In this document: positions 14,901 through 23,800 of the stretch, in pieces
Position numbering within the stretch: position 1 is the first letter of the stretch
How the letters are laid out: every line of letters starts with the position of its first letter
Origin: a virus
IMG/VR virus record: IMGVR_UViG_3300017717_000005
Coordinates: 1-59,849 of that record
Length of the DNA stretch: 59,849 bases
Direction: 5' to 3' (one strand)
Notes under the pieces: generated by a model
Databases searched by the model: none
What the model saw: the letters and a program-made list of their open reading frames with translations, nothing else
What the model was told of the DNA's origin: nothing
Program-made: the position numbers and the translations under genes

Positions 14901-16546
14901 TGAAAGATTTTTACTGGGTCACAGAAGAGACCCGTCAATTTATGGAAAAGGGCTACCTAGACCCTGGACAAACCGTCGAAGAGAGGGCGCGAGAGATCGC
15001 AGACCACGCAGGTATGATCCTCGGGGACAAGCAGTTTGCAGACAAGTTCTACGAGAACCTGGCTCTTGGATGGTACAGCCTGAGCACTCCAGTGTGGGTG
15101 AACTTCGGCAAGAACAAAGGCTTACCTATCTCATGCTTCGGAACCACAGTGCAGGACGACACGTTCGACATCCTTCGTGGAGCCGCAGAGGTGGGAGCTA
15201 TGAGCAAGGTGGGTGGAGGTACGGCCACGTACTTCGGGAACCTGCGTCCTCGTGGCGCCAAGATCAGCAGCGGTGGTGAGACTAACGGGGCCGTCTCTAT
15301 GATGGAGCTGTACAACACCACAACCAACGTCATCTCGCAGGGAAAGGTGCGACGTGGTAGCTGGGCTGCGTACTTGGACGTCGAGCACCCAGACATCGAG
15401 GAGTTCCTCCGAATTCGTAGCGAGGGCCACCCGATCCAGGATGTGTCGTTTGCCGTGTGTATCGGCAACGACTGGATGCAGTCAATGATCGACGGCGACC
15501 AGGATAAGCGTGCTATCATGGCCAAGATCCACAAGAAGCGTAGCGAGACAGGCTACCCATACATCTTCTTCACGGACAACGTGAACGATCAGGCGCCTCA
15601 GTGGTACAAGGACAAGGGCATGAAGATCAAGCACTCCCAGTTGTGCGCTGAGATCATGGAGTACACCGACGAGGACAAGTCGTTTGTGTGCTGCCTGTCG
15701 TCCATGAATGCGTTGCACTACGAGGAGTGGCAGAACACTGATGGCGTTCAGCTTCTGGCTTCGTTCTTGGATGCGGTCTACTCTGAGTTCATCGAGAAGG
15801 CCAAGGACATTCCATTCATGGAGAAGGCTGTTCGCTTTGCTCGTGAGCATAGATCCATCGGCGTCGGCGTGCTTGGCTACCACTCATACTTGCAGAGTCA
15901 AGGCATCCCATTCGAAAGCATGCAGGCTCGGTTCATGAACAAGGCTATCTTCGGAGAGATCCAGCGGCAGTGTGAGGTGGCGAGCATGTATCTGGCAGGA
16001 GAGAAGGGAAGCCCAGCCGTTTTGGAGGGATATAACCGACGATTCAGCACGACCATGGCAGTGGCACCAACCACTTCGTCATCGTTCATCCTGGGGCAGG
16101 TGTCGCCGTCTATCGAGCCGTTGCAGTCTAACTACTTCACCAAGGACTTGGCTAAGGGTAAGTTCACCTACAAGAACCCCTACCTCAAGGATCTCTTGGC
16201 TGAGAAGGGTAAAGATGACGCAGCCACCTGGAAGGACATTATGATGAAGGGGGGATCAGTACAGCATCTGGAATTCCTGTCAAAGGAGGAGAGGGATGTG
16301 TTCAAGACGTTTGCTGAGATCTCACAGATGGAGGTGATCCAGCAGGCAGCTGACCGTCAGAAGTTTATTGATCAGGGACAGTCGCTGAATGTAATGATCA
16401 GCGACGAAGTCCCCTTAAAGGACGTCAACCAGCTTGTCATCAAGGCTTGGGAGTTGGGAATCAAGACGATGTACTACCAGCGCGGGGTCAACCAAGCACA
16501 GGCAGTGGGTAGGGACATCCTGAACTGCGCTGTGTGTGAAGGTTAA
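14900..16546 (+). CDS. nrdA: ribonucleotide reductase class I large subunit (alpha), short form with no obvious ATP-cone
   Basis: CFGTTVQDD...SKVGGGTATYFGNLRPRGAKIS...RRGSWAAYLDVEHPDIEEFL are hallmark RNR alpha motifs. The C-terminus carries a CAVC redox pair. Confidence 0.85.
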   Translation: MKDFYWVTEETRQFMEKGYLDPGQTVEERAREIADHAGMILGDKQFADKFYENLALGWYSLSTPVWVNFGKNKGLPISCFGTTVQDDTFDILRGAAEVGAMSKVGGGTATYFGNLRPRGAKISSGGETNGAVSMMELYNTTTNVISQGKVRRGSWAAYLDVEHPDIEEFLRIRSEGHPIQDVSFAVCIGNDWMQSMIDGDQDKRAIMAKIHKKRSETGYPYIFFTDNVNDQAPQWYKDKGMKIKHSQLCAEIMEYTDEDKSFVCCLSSMNALHYEEWQNTDGVQLLASFLDAVYSEFIEKAKDIPFMEKAVRFAREHRSIGVGVLGYHSYLQSQGIPFESMQARFMNKAIFGEIQRQCEVASMYLAGEKGSPAVLEGYNRRFSTTMAVAPTTSSSFILGQVSPSIEPLQSNYFTKDLAKGKFTYKNPYLKDLLAEKGKDDAATWKDIMMKGGSVQHLEFLSKEERDVFKTFAEISQMEVIQQAADRQKFIDQGQSLNVMISDEVPLKDVNQLVIKAWELGIKTMYYQRGVNQAQAVGRDILNCAVCEG

Positions 16547-16908
16547 AAGTCGCTCATCAAGATCTCGTCGATGGCTTCTTGGACATCGTCCTCGGTAGCC
16601 TCAAGAGTCATCATGATGTTGGCTTGAAATCTCTTGACTTCTTCACCTTCGTTGAAGACAACGACTGTAGGTACCACAACAATCTTGTGGTCGGACTGCA
16701 TGGCAGGGTTTGACGCAATGTCAACCCTTGCCGTGTTGCAGTCGCTAAGCTTTTCGATCCAGGGCACACTGTTTCCTGAGTTAAACGAGGCGTTAAACTC
16801 AATCACGCAGATACCCGAGCTGCAAACTTCTTCAGATTCCGCAACGCCCACAGAAGTGGCCGCCAACCAGAACGCAGAGAGCGCAAACAGGGTTAGTGTT
16901 GCTTTCAT
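16543..16908 (-). CDS. secreted thioredoxin-fold protein lacking the CxxC active site
   Basis: Signal peptide MKATLTLFALSAFWLAATSVGVA. VIEFNASFNSGNSVPW...VVVPTVVVFNEGEEVKRFQAN follows the thioredoxin beta-alpha-beta layout, but FNSGN sits where WCxxC would be. Confidence 0.5.
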   Translation of the reverse strand: MKATLTLFALSAFWLAATSVGVAESEEVCSSGICVIEFNASFNSGNSVPWIEKLSDCNTARVDIASNPAMQSDHKIVVVPTVVVFNEGEEVKRFQANIMMTLEATEDDVQEAIDEILMSDF

Positions 16909-16911
16909 TTT

Positions 16912-17196
16912 TCATTTCAGTTGATCTATTTTTTCTTCGATACGCTTGATGTCTTCTTTTATCTCGGTGATATCTTCTTGTGTGCTCATGATTGTCTGAC
17001 GGACTAGCTGGTCCTTCATGTCAAACTCCATGCGCGTGATATCTGGCGCTAATGGAGCGGGAAGTTCCTTGGCTTCCGCAATGTCTGCCTGCAGGGCAAA
17101 CCACATGGCCACGATTGTACCAATCCCCGCTGCCGCCATGCCTATTGTCTTTAGGTCTAGCGTGATCTTAGTGTCCTCCCCTATCTGTTGAGCCAT
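16912..17196 (-). CDS. single-pass membrane protein with a C-terminal coiled coil (94 aa)
   Basis: The TM segment IGMAAAGIGTIVAMWFAL is followed by the heptad-like ITEIKEDIKRIEEKIDQLK. Confidence 0.6.
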   Translation of the reverse strand: MAQQIGEDTKITLDLKTIGMAAAGIGTIVAMWFALQADIAEAKELPAPLAPDITRMEFDMKDQLVRQTIMSTQEDITEIKEDIKRIEEKIDQLK

Positions 17197-17197
17197 A

Positions 17198-18232
17198 TCA
17201 AATGATTACATAGTTGATTCCAACAGAGAAGTCGTGCCAAGATCTATCCCAGTACTTGTGAAATTTGCCTTCTGCAAACACACCAAAACTCTTGTTGAAT
17301 CTTTTTCCAAAGATAAGGCCTCCAGAGTAATCGATCCACTGACCGCTGTTCACGAACCTGTGATACGAATACTCACCATCTGTGTCTAGGTGATACGGAA
17401 TTACATTGCCCCAGGTGTGAACCCAGAAGTCTTTTGTGAAGTGATAGTAGTCAAACCCAACTACCAGTGAATGAACCCATTGGTTCGGAAGCTGTCCTCT
17501 TTTATCTGCTACATAGTCCTCAAGAAAGTCAGGGACAACGATCTCCTCCCACACCTCGTAACTATTTGCCACGAGCGTACCGTCTGGAGAAAAAAACTCT
17601 CCTGTGTTGACGTCGATGTCATAACCCTCCTGGATAGCAAGTGAAGTGAAGTGAAGCTGGTTGTTCTCAAGGAGCCACTCATTAAGAGGATCGTACCCGT
17701 ATGGCTCTGACAGCCTCTGCATGATTCCAGCGTTAAGCGACAGCTTACCAAGCTTAGCCCTGATTCTTTGGGAAGCCTCAAAGTATCTGACATCTGCAAA
17801 TCCATCCTGCAAGAACTCAACCTTGGTGATCCATTTGTCAGCCACGTATCTCAGGAAGTAGTCCTGGTCCAGGTAGTTAACGCCCTGCTGCCTTCTGTAG
17901 TCCCCCTCGAATAGAAACTCGAAGCCGCTCACCTTTCCGATGGTGGCGGCGTCTCCGTAGGACTTCTCTGTTCCGTTGTAAAACGTATTGGCTCTATTCT
18001 CGTACCCAAAGCGAGCGATCTTACGAACCCCTGCAGTAAGGGAATAGTCGAACGGAGTCTCAACAACATCTGTCTCCAGTCCGTTTGAAACAGAGAACAC
18101 CTCTCGATCCGACAGAGAGTTACCTCCGCTAAATGCTGTGTAGAAGGTTGCGAATTTGAACGCTTTCTTCAGTGCTTGACCTGAGACACTGAAGCTCAGC
18201 ATCATCAGGATTATGGCTGTAATATATCTCAT
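17198..18232 (-). CDS. signal-peptide protein, predicted outer-membrane beta-barrel-like (344 aa)
   Basis: Signal peptide MRYITAIILMMLSFSVSGQ. The rest is rich in Tyr/Gly/Phe with alternating hydrophobicity and no TM helices. Overlaps the upstream gene (18229-18232). Confidence 0.5.
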   Translation of the reverse strand: MRYITAIILMMLSFSVSGQALKKAFKFATFYTAFSGGNSLSDREVFSVSNGLETDVVETPFDYSLTAGVRKIARFGYENRANTFYNGTEKSYGDAATIGKVSGFEFLFEGDYRRQQGVNYLDQDYFLRYVADKWITKVEFLQDGFADVRYFEASQRIRAKLGKLSLNAGIMQRLSEPYGYDPLNEWLLENNQLHFTSLAIQEGYDIDVNTGEFFSPDGTLVANSYEVWEEIVVPDFLEDYVADKRGQLPNQWVHSLVVGFDYYHFTKDFWVHTWGNVIPYHLDTDGEYSYHRFVNSGQWIDYSGGLIFGKRFNKSFGVFAEGKFHKYWDRSWHDFSVGINYVII

Positions 18233-20370
18233 TGCTTGACGATTCTTTCTACGACAATCCTTCCCTTGTAATTTACGACAACCTCGTAGACGCCTTTAGG
18301 GAGCGATCTAAGATCGATCTGCCCCGATGTAGTGCCAGATACTACGATTTGACCAGAGGCGCTATAAACGTCTGCAAATGCTCCGACAGGCGCCTGGAAG
18401 TTAATGACATCTCTAGTTGGGTTGGGCCATAACTGAACGCGGATATAACCCATGTCCATCACGTTGGTCACGCCCTGACTACAGTATTCGTACATCTCAA
18501 TGCACACCGCATCCCACCCCACCTCGCAACAGTAAGGGTCAACCTCGATCACCCATGAGTAACAGTAATCATTGGCCCAGTATGGTTCCCCTGGGCCAGT
18601 GATGCAACCAGCATCATAAAGGCACTCTTCGTTAGCGGGAACGTTGGCGTACACGTTGTAATTAGCTGCGTCTAGGTCCATACACCCAGGCATCGGAGAG
18701 ATGCAGCTACCGTTTTCTGTATTGGCCATCGGGTCGTAGTTGATGGCGGTAGGGATGGTGCAGCCGTACACGAACTCAATGCAGCTGTTGTTCTCTGTAT
18801 TCGCCTCTTCGTTGTAGTTGAACATGGTTGGGTCGGTGCAGCCGAACACAACCTCTTCGCAATCTGCTTCATCGGTAGCTGCCTCGTTGTAGTTGAAGGC
18901 TGTCGGATCTTGACATCCCGCGACTTCCAGCTCGTCACAAATACCGTCGTCGTCCGAGTCGTTCAAGCACTCGTTGTCGCACCCGTAGTACTCGATCGGG
19001 AAGGTACAGTCACCATCTACGTTTGCCTCTGGGTTGTAGTCACAGGCGAAGCTGAGCGTACATCCCACGACACCCTCCACGCAGAAGTCTCCACACACGG
19101 GGATACCATCGTATTTGAATGGGAACTTCTTGATGGCGTCGGACCAAGGGTTGGTTCCGCCCTCCATGAACACCCCGCTAGGTCCGTCGAAGTAGAACCC
19201 GCACTGAGAGGCTGTGGTCTCTGCATTACCCTGCGTAAAGAACATGACCCTGACTGCTTCTCCAGAGTACAGAGGGATCTGAATCTCTTTCTCAAACTCA
19301 TCGGCAGGATACATGGTAAATGGTCCCCAGATCTCGTCTCCCTGCTGAACCCCAATCCAGCTACCGAACCAGCCATCACCTGCCCCGTCTGTAAGTGTCA
19401 GAGTAAAGTCACAGCTGGCCTCTGTCTCTAGCGTGTTGGCATCCTCATTGAAGTTAATTGCCTGAGGATCAGTGCATCCCAGAATCACTTCTGTCTGACA
19501 GCTGCCGTCGTCGATAACAGCACCAGGGTCATATTCTGTAAACCATGAGTCGGTGCAGCCCTGAGGGATAGGAGGAAAGCATGGGTCAATCACGATAGTA
19601 TCACTTGATACTACTTCGTACTGAGTGGTATCACCAACGTAGTACAGTGTCTCTCCACAAAGGCTAGATACAAGCAAGTTGCCGTCAACACCCCCGTAGC
19701 AGCTACCACACATACCATCACCGAAGCTGTCGTACACGTCCACCCTAAACTCCGAACCAACAGGTAGGCACACAGCCTCCACAATGGGAGCTCCTACAAT
19801 AGAATAGCCTGACCCCTCAGCAACCACTTCACCGTCTGGGATTGTGATTAGATCCCAGCTGATCTCAGCTGCATAAGTGTCAGGCGTAACTGTGACAAGG
19901 ATGTTGTTGTATCCTTCTTCGCATTGCACAGGCGGGAAGTCGCAGGGTGCAGGGGCGTTAGCCCATGGGTGATAGTTGATTGCACCCGCCTGCATACAAC
20001 CGAAGATTGGTGGCGGACAGGCAAGCACTTCGAAGGGAATGGTTTGCTCTGAGGTATTGAAGTCATACACCGTGGTGTCTAACTCACAGGTGTTGATCGA
20101 GAACCACCCCTCACCAAATCCACAGCAGATGCCATCGCCAAAAGAGTCGTAGATGGTAAAGGTGTACTCACCAAGAGGCAGTGGAAGAAACGCCTCGACA
20201 TACGGGAACTCACCCTGAAGAGGAGCAGACCCCGCAACTATCGCGTTGCTTGAGTCTCGAACTAGCCATGTGGTTTCTTGCCCATAGCCATCTCCTTGGA
20301 TAGAAATGGAGACCCAGCCTGTCTGCGCTGTTGCAAACAGAGGCAAAAACATAAGCAATAAACCTCTCAT
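18229..20370 (-). CDS. secreted Cys-rich modular protein with a T9SS C-terminal sorting domain
   Basis: Signal peptide MRGLLLMFLPLFATAQ. Contains three modules with DSFGDG / DGAGDGW motifs and eight GC(T/M/Q)D..A.NY(N/D)..AN....C repeats. The C-terminal 72 aa, YIRVQLWPNPTRDVINFQ...LPKGVYEVVVNYKGRIVVERIVKQ (18232..18447), fit the T9SS type A CTD pattern. Confidence 0.75.
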   Translation of the reverse strand: MRGLLLMFLPLFATAQTGWVSISIQGDGYGQETTWLVRDSSNAIVAGSAPLQGEFPYVEAFLPLPLGEYTFTIYDSFGDGICCGFGEGWFSINTCELDTTVYDFNTSEQTIPFEVLACPPPIFGCMQAGAINYHPWANAPAPCDFPPVQCEEGYNNILVTVTPDTYAAEISWDLITIPDGEVVAEGSGYSIVGAPIVEAVCLPVGSEFRVDVYDSFGDGMCGSCYGGVDGNLLVSSLCGETLYYVGDTTQYEVVSSDTIVIDPCFPPIPQGCTDSWFTEYDPGAVIDDGSCQTEVILGCTDPQAINFNEDANTLETEASCDFTLTLTDGAGDGWFGSWIGVQQGDEIWGPFTMYPADEFEKEIQIPLYSGEAVRVMFFTQGNAETTASQCGFYFDGPSGVFMEGGTNPWSDAIKKFPFKYDGIPVCGDFCVEGVVGCTLSFACDYNPEANVDGDCTFPIEYYGCDNECLNDSDDDGICDELEVAGCQDPTAFNYNEAATDEADCEEVVFGCTDPTMFNYNEEANTENNSCIEFVYGCTIPTAINYDPMANTENGSCISPMPGCMDLDAANYNVYANVPANEECLYDAGCITGPGEPYWANDYCYSWVIEVDPYCCEVGWDAVCIEMYEYCSQGVTNVMDMGYIRVQLWPNPTRDVINFQAPVGAFADVYSASGQIVVSGTTSGQIDLRSLPKGVYEVVVNYKGRIVVERIVKQ

Positions 20371-20801
20371 TTCTTGGCTTTCTCGATGGTTCTTCCTGCG
20401 AAGTATGCACCAAACGCAGTCAACATCAAAATCTGTAACAAATCCACATAAGAGTCCTTTACATTAAAGGCTACATTATCCATGCTGTCTATAAACATAG
20501 TCACCATAAACATGCTCATCAGGGCGATAAGAGTGACAGGTCTGATCAGCTTTGCAAGCTTCACATCGCTACCCATATCTGCCTTCCATCTCTCGGTGAC
20601 GTTGTTTTGAAACTGGATCTCTGCGTCGACGGCAGCCACCCCTTCGTCTGTGTTGACGTCGGGGTCTTTGTCGATAAGATTCTTTACGATTCCAAGTCCA
20701 CCGCTATCGGGCAACAAGTCCCCAACAACATCAAGCACATTAGGTGCTTTTGACTTGAGCCACTTACCGAGGCCCGTGTCTTTAATCTTCTGATCTTTCA
20801 T
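20367..20801 (-). CDS. holin-like membrane protein (soluble N-terminal region plus two C-terminal TM helices)
   Basis: TM helices are IRPVTLIALMSMFMVTMFI and LLQILMLTAFGAYFAG, with a charged C-terminus (RTIEKAKK). Function is inferred from topology only. Confidence 0.4.
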   Translation of the reverse strand: MKDQKIKDTGLGKWLKSKAPNVLDVVGDLLPDSGGLGIVKNLIDKDPDVNTDEGVAAVDAEIQFQNNVTERWKADMGSDVKLAKLIRPVTLIALMSMFMVTMFIDSMDNVAFNVKDSYVDLLQILMLTAFGAYFAGRTIEKAKK

Positions 20802-23800
20802 TTTCGTATTGTTCTTGCATGATTTGGAAGAGCATCAGGGTGTGATTGCGGAATCTGTTGCCCTGGTACTCGATTGCTCCGTTGTAGTGGTCGTTAACCT
20901 TGTTCATAGCCATGACGCGCTCTTCGTCGCCCATCTTGGCGTATTCCTCTGTTGCAATCAAAGCTTCGAGCTCTTGATAGCGCTCCTTACCTGAAGCCTC
21001 CATGAGCTTGTTGAGCTGCGTGGTGTTCAAGTAGAACGCCTGATCTTGGAACTCTTCGTCCTGCATCCATGGGTAATTGATGCCTGCTTTCTGGAGCTTG
21101 CTCTTGTATCTGGAAGTAATGTTCGGTACATTGATCTTTCTCTTTGCGGCATAACCAGGAGTTCCGCAGGCCTTAGTCAAGTCTTCTGTTTGCTCGTAAA
21201 GCCTGTAGATCTCGTTAGACACAGCATCCGCCTCACCTTGTCTAGACTTGGTGATGTCGAAGATCTGATACGCAATACCAGTGGTGCCTCTGGGCGTTTG
21301 CTTGATAGGATTACCTTTCCAGTCCACACGAACTGGCAGCTCTGACAAACCAAACGTTCTGTCCTTGATGGTGTATGCCATCTGAGTCAGCATTCTTTCT
21401 GTCGTAGACATATCTTTGGTGACTCTCGTGTCTGGCAAGAACTCTCTGTTGCCCCTGTACACAGCAGAAAGCGTGTTTGGAAGCACAGTTGCAGACACAG
21501 CCTGGAACGTAGTTCTGGTCCACTTCTCAAAGCTCTTCTCCAGGTCTTTCACATCGGCAGATCCCACTACATCCAGGAGGGTAGACATTCCCTGCATGAA
21601 GCTTTGATCCATCATATATGTAATTCCTGAGAACGCACCCACACCAAACACATCCTGAAGGGCGTGCAAAGCGAACTCTTCGTCGTCTCTCTGCCTGAGT
21701 TCCTCTTTGTTCACAGACTTAGCTGTTGCGCCAATCACAGCTCCCAAGATACCGAGCTTATTGTACCCCACGAACACGTCGTCAGGCTGGTGAGATGAAT
21801 CTTCACCTCTCACCCAACGCTGAACACCTGTTACGTTGATGCTACTTGGCGGGAACTGGTCGTAAGAAATGTTTCTCTTCTCGTCATCGCTCCAGTCGAG
21901 GGCTTCTGAGATCAAGCCCTCTCTGATCAGAGCGACTGCAGTCTGAGAAACCATAGTCCCAACAACGATCTTACCAAAGTCTTGTGATGCTCCACGAGCA
22001 TCTCCCTCGGATAGTTTCTTTACGATTGATGGTCCAGCTACGTATGGAGACACGTAAGTCAATGTCTCAATAAGCATGTTTGCTGGAGTTCTAACATAAG
22101 GCATATTAGACCTAATCACGAACTTAGCAAACGCATTTGAATCAAGACCTGGAACCCAAGACATGCCCTTAGAAATGACTCTTTCGAAGAACTTCACTGA
22201 GTCTTCCGCCACATCTGACATGGCTGTTCTCTCTTGGAACGTAAGCTTTCTTCCTTCTCTCTCAGCTGCTTCTCTTGCCTTCTTTGTAGGGTGCTTGATG
22301 AAGTTAGTCAAAGCGTCGCCTTCCAATCCCATGTTCTTACCAGCCTGATACAGCTCGATACCCTCAACATATCTTCTGAATGGAGTATCACCCAGGGTCA
22401 AGAATCTGAACATGGTTTCAGCTGGGATTCCAAATGTCCCTTGAACAGCGAGCTTGACTCTTTGTCTGTTTGAAACTGCTCCATCTGGCCCGAGTGGCAG
22501 GTCTCCCTTACCCATGGCTGACATCAATGATCGGAACGGAGCAAAACCTCTATGCACTCTCCACTCCGTCCCGTCAGCCTCTTGACCTGTAGCGATAGTG
22601 TCCAATGCCTCGACAAAGCCTTGCCCGAACTTACGCAATCCGTACATGTATGCGTTGATTGCATAGTTTCTCTTCATCGGGGACTCAATCCCAAATGCAT
22701 TGATCAGTCTCTCCACTGGCAAGGCGACGGCATCTACAGCCACCTTGCCTAGTGCGTTTACCATGTTGGCTCCTACGTTTGTGATCTGAGACATAGGGGT
22801 AAGCAAGTTACCCTGGATAAGCATGGTCCCAATCTCACCCCATCCTCTTTCGATCACGCCGTTAGAGAATGTGTCCAGCTCTCTTTCAGCAAGCTTCACT
22901 CTTCTAGTGGCTGCTTCGAGCTCAATCTCCACATCCTGACCAGCGATCGCCTGCTTCATGAGCTCTTCGTGCTCAGCTTGTCTTTGGAAAAGATCAGCTG
23001 CAATCCTCTCAAGCCTTTGTTTCTGTGCAGGAGAGAGGCTGTTACCTCGCTTTTGTACCGCGCTCTCAATGACACCGACAATGCCAGCTGGTGTACCAGA
23101 CTTGAGTTCTCTGAGGTGCCTCAATAGGCGACCAGCTGTGGTTCCTGCAGCGGCAGCCTGCTCGACCAAAAACGGAACAGCATCCATGTCTCCTCTACCC
23201 ACGGCTCTATTGATGAGCTCGGATGTAGCAAGAACTCCGAGATCATCATTCCTGCTCTGTAAATTCCCAAGACCCTGCCCACTCATCATTGCGATGAGGT
23301 CAGCGTCACTCTTGTCACTGAGTTCTCCCTTGAGTTCTTTTAGGCTCTGTGGTGTGAAGTAGTTCTTAGGGTTGCTAAGGATCTCGCCTCGCACTCCTGG
23401 GTACTTCCGAGCCATTCGGCCAGCAGTCTTACGAGTCTTCAGCAGACTAGACGCCCTGCTCTGCGCTTCCTCCATGTTGGCTGCAACCTCGCTTTCGTTA
23501 AGTGCGACCTTGGATTCAACAGGCATGTTGTCGTAAGCCAACTCAACGTCCAATGCGTCTGCAAACTGAACTCCATTTTTCTCGGCCATTGCCTGGAATC
23601 TCTTGACTGCCTTAGTGTACTTAGGTCCACGCTTAACTCTCTTTGCTCTTTCAGATGCAGTCTCAGATCTACCTTGCTTCAGGGTAGGATCGTTGAAACC
23701 GTAGTATTCAATATCACCTCTCAGGTAAACTGTGTTACCCACGATGGTCGCTTCTTCGGCAGACTTGATGGGTCTGCCTGCAGCGTCCACAAATACGTTG

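Noticed and set aside
16543-16908. The thioredoxin-fold gene read as the cytoplasmic redox partner (thioredoxin or glutaredoxin) of the adjacent RNR.
   Set aside because: It has a clear N-terminal signal peptide and lacks CxxC at the canonical position. It is also on the opposite strand, in the late operon. An RNR-reductant role is therefore unlikely.
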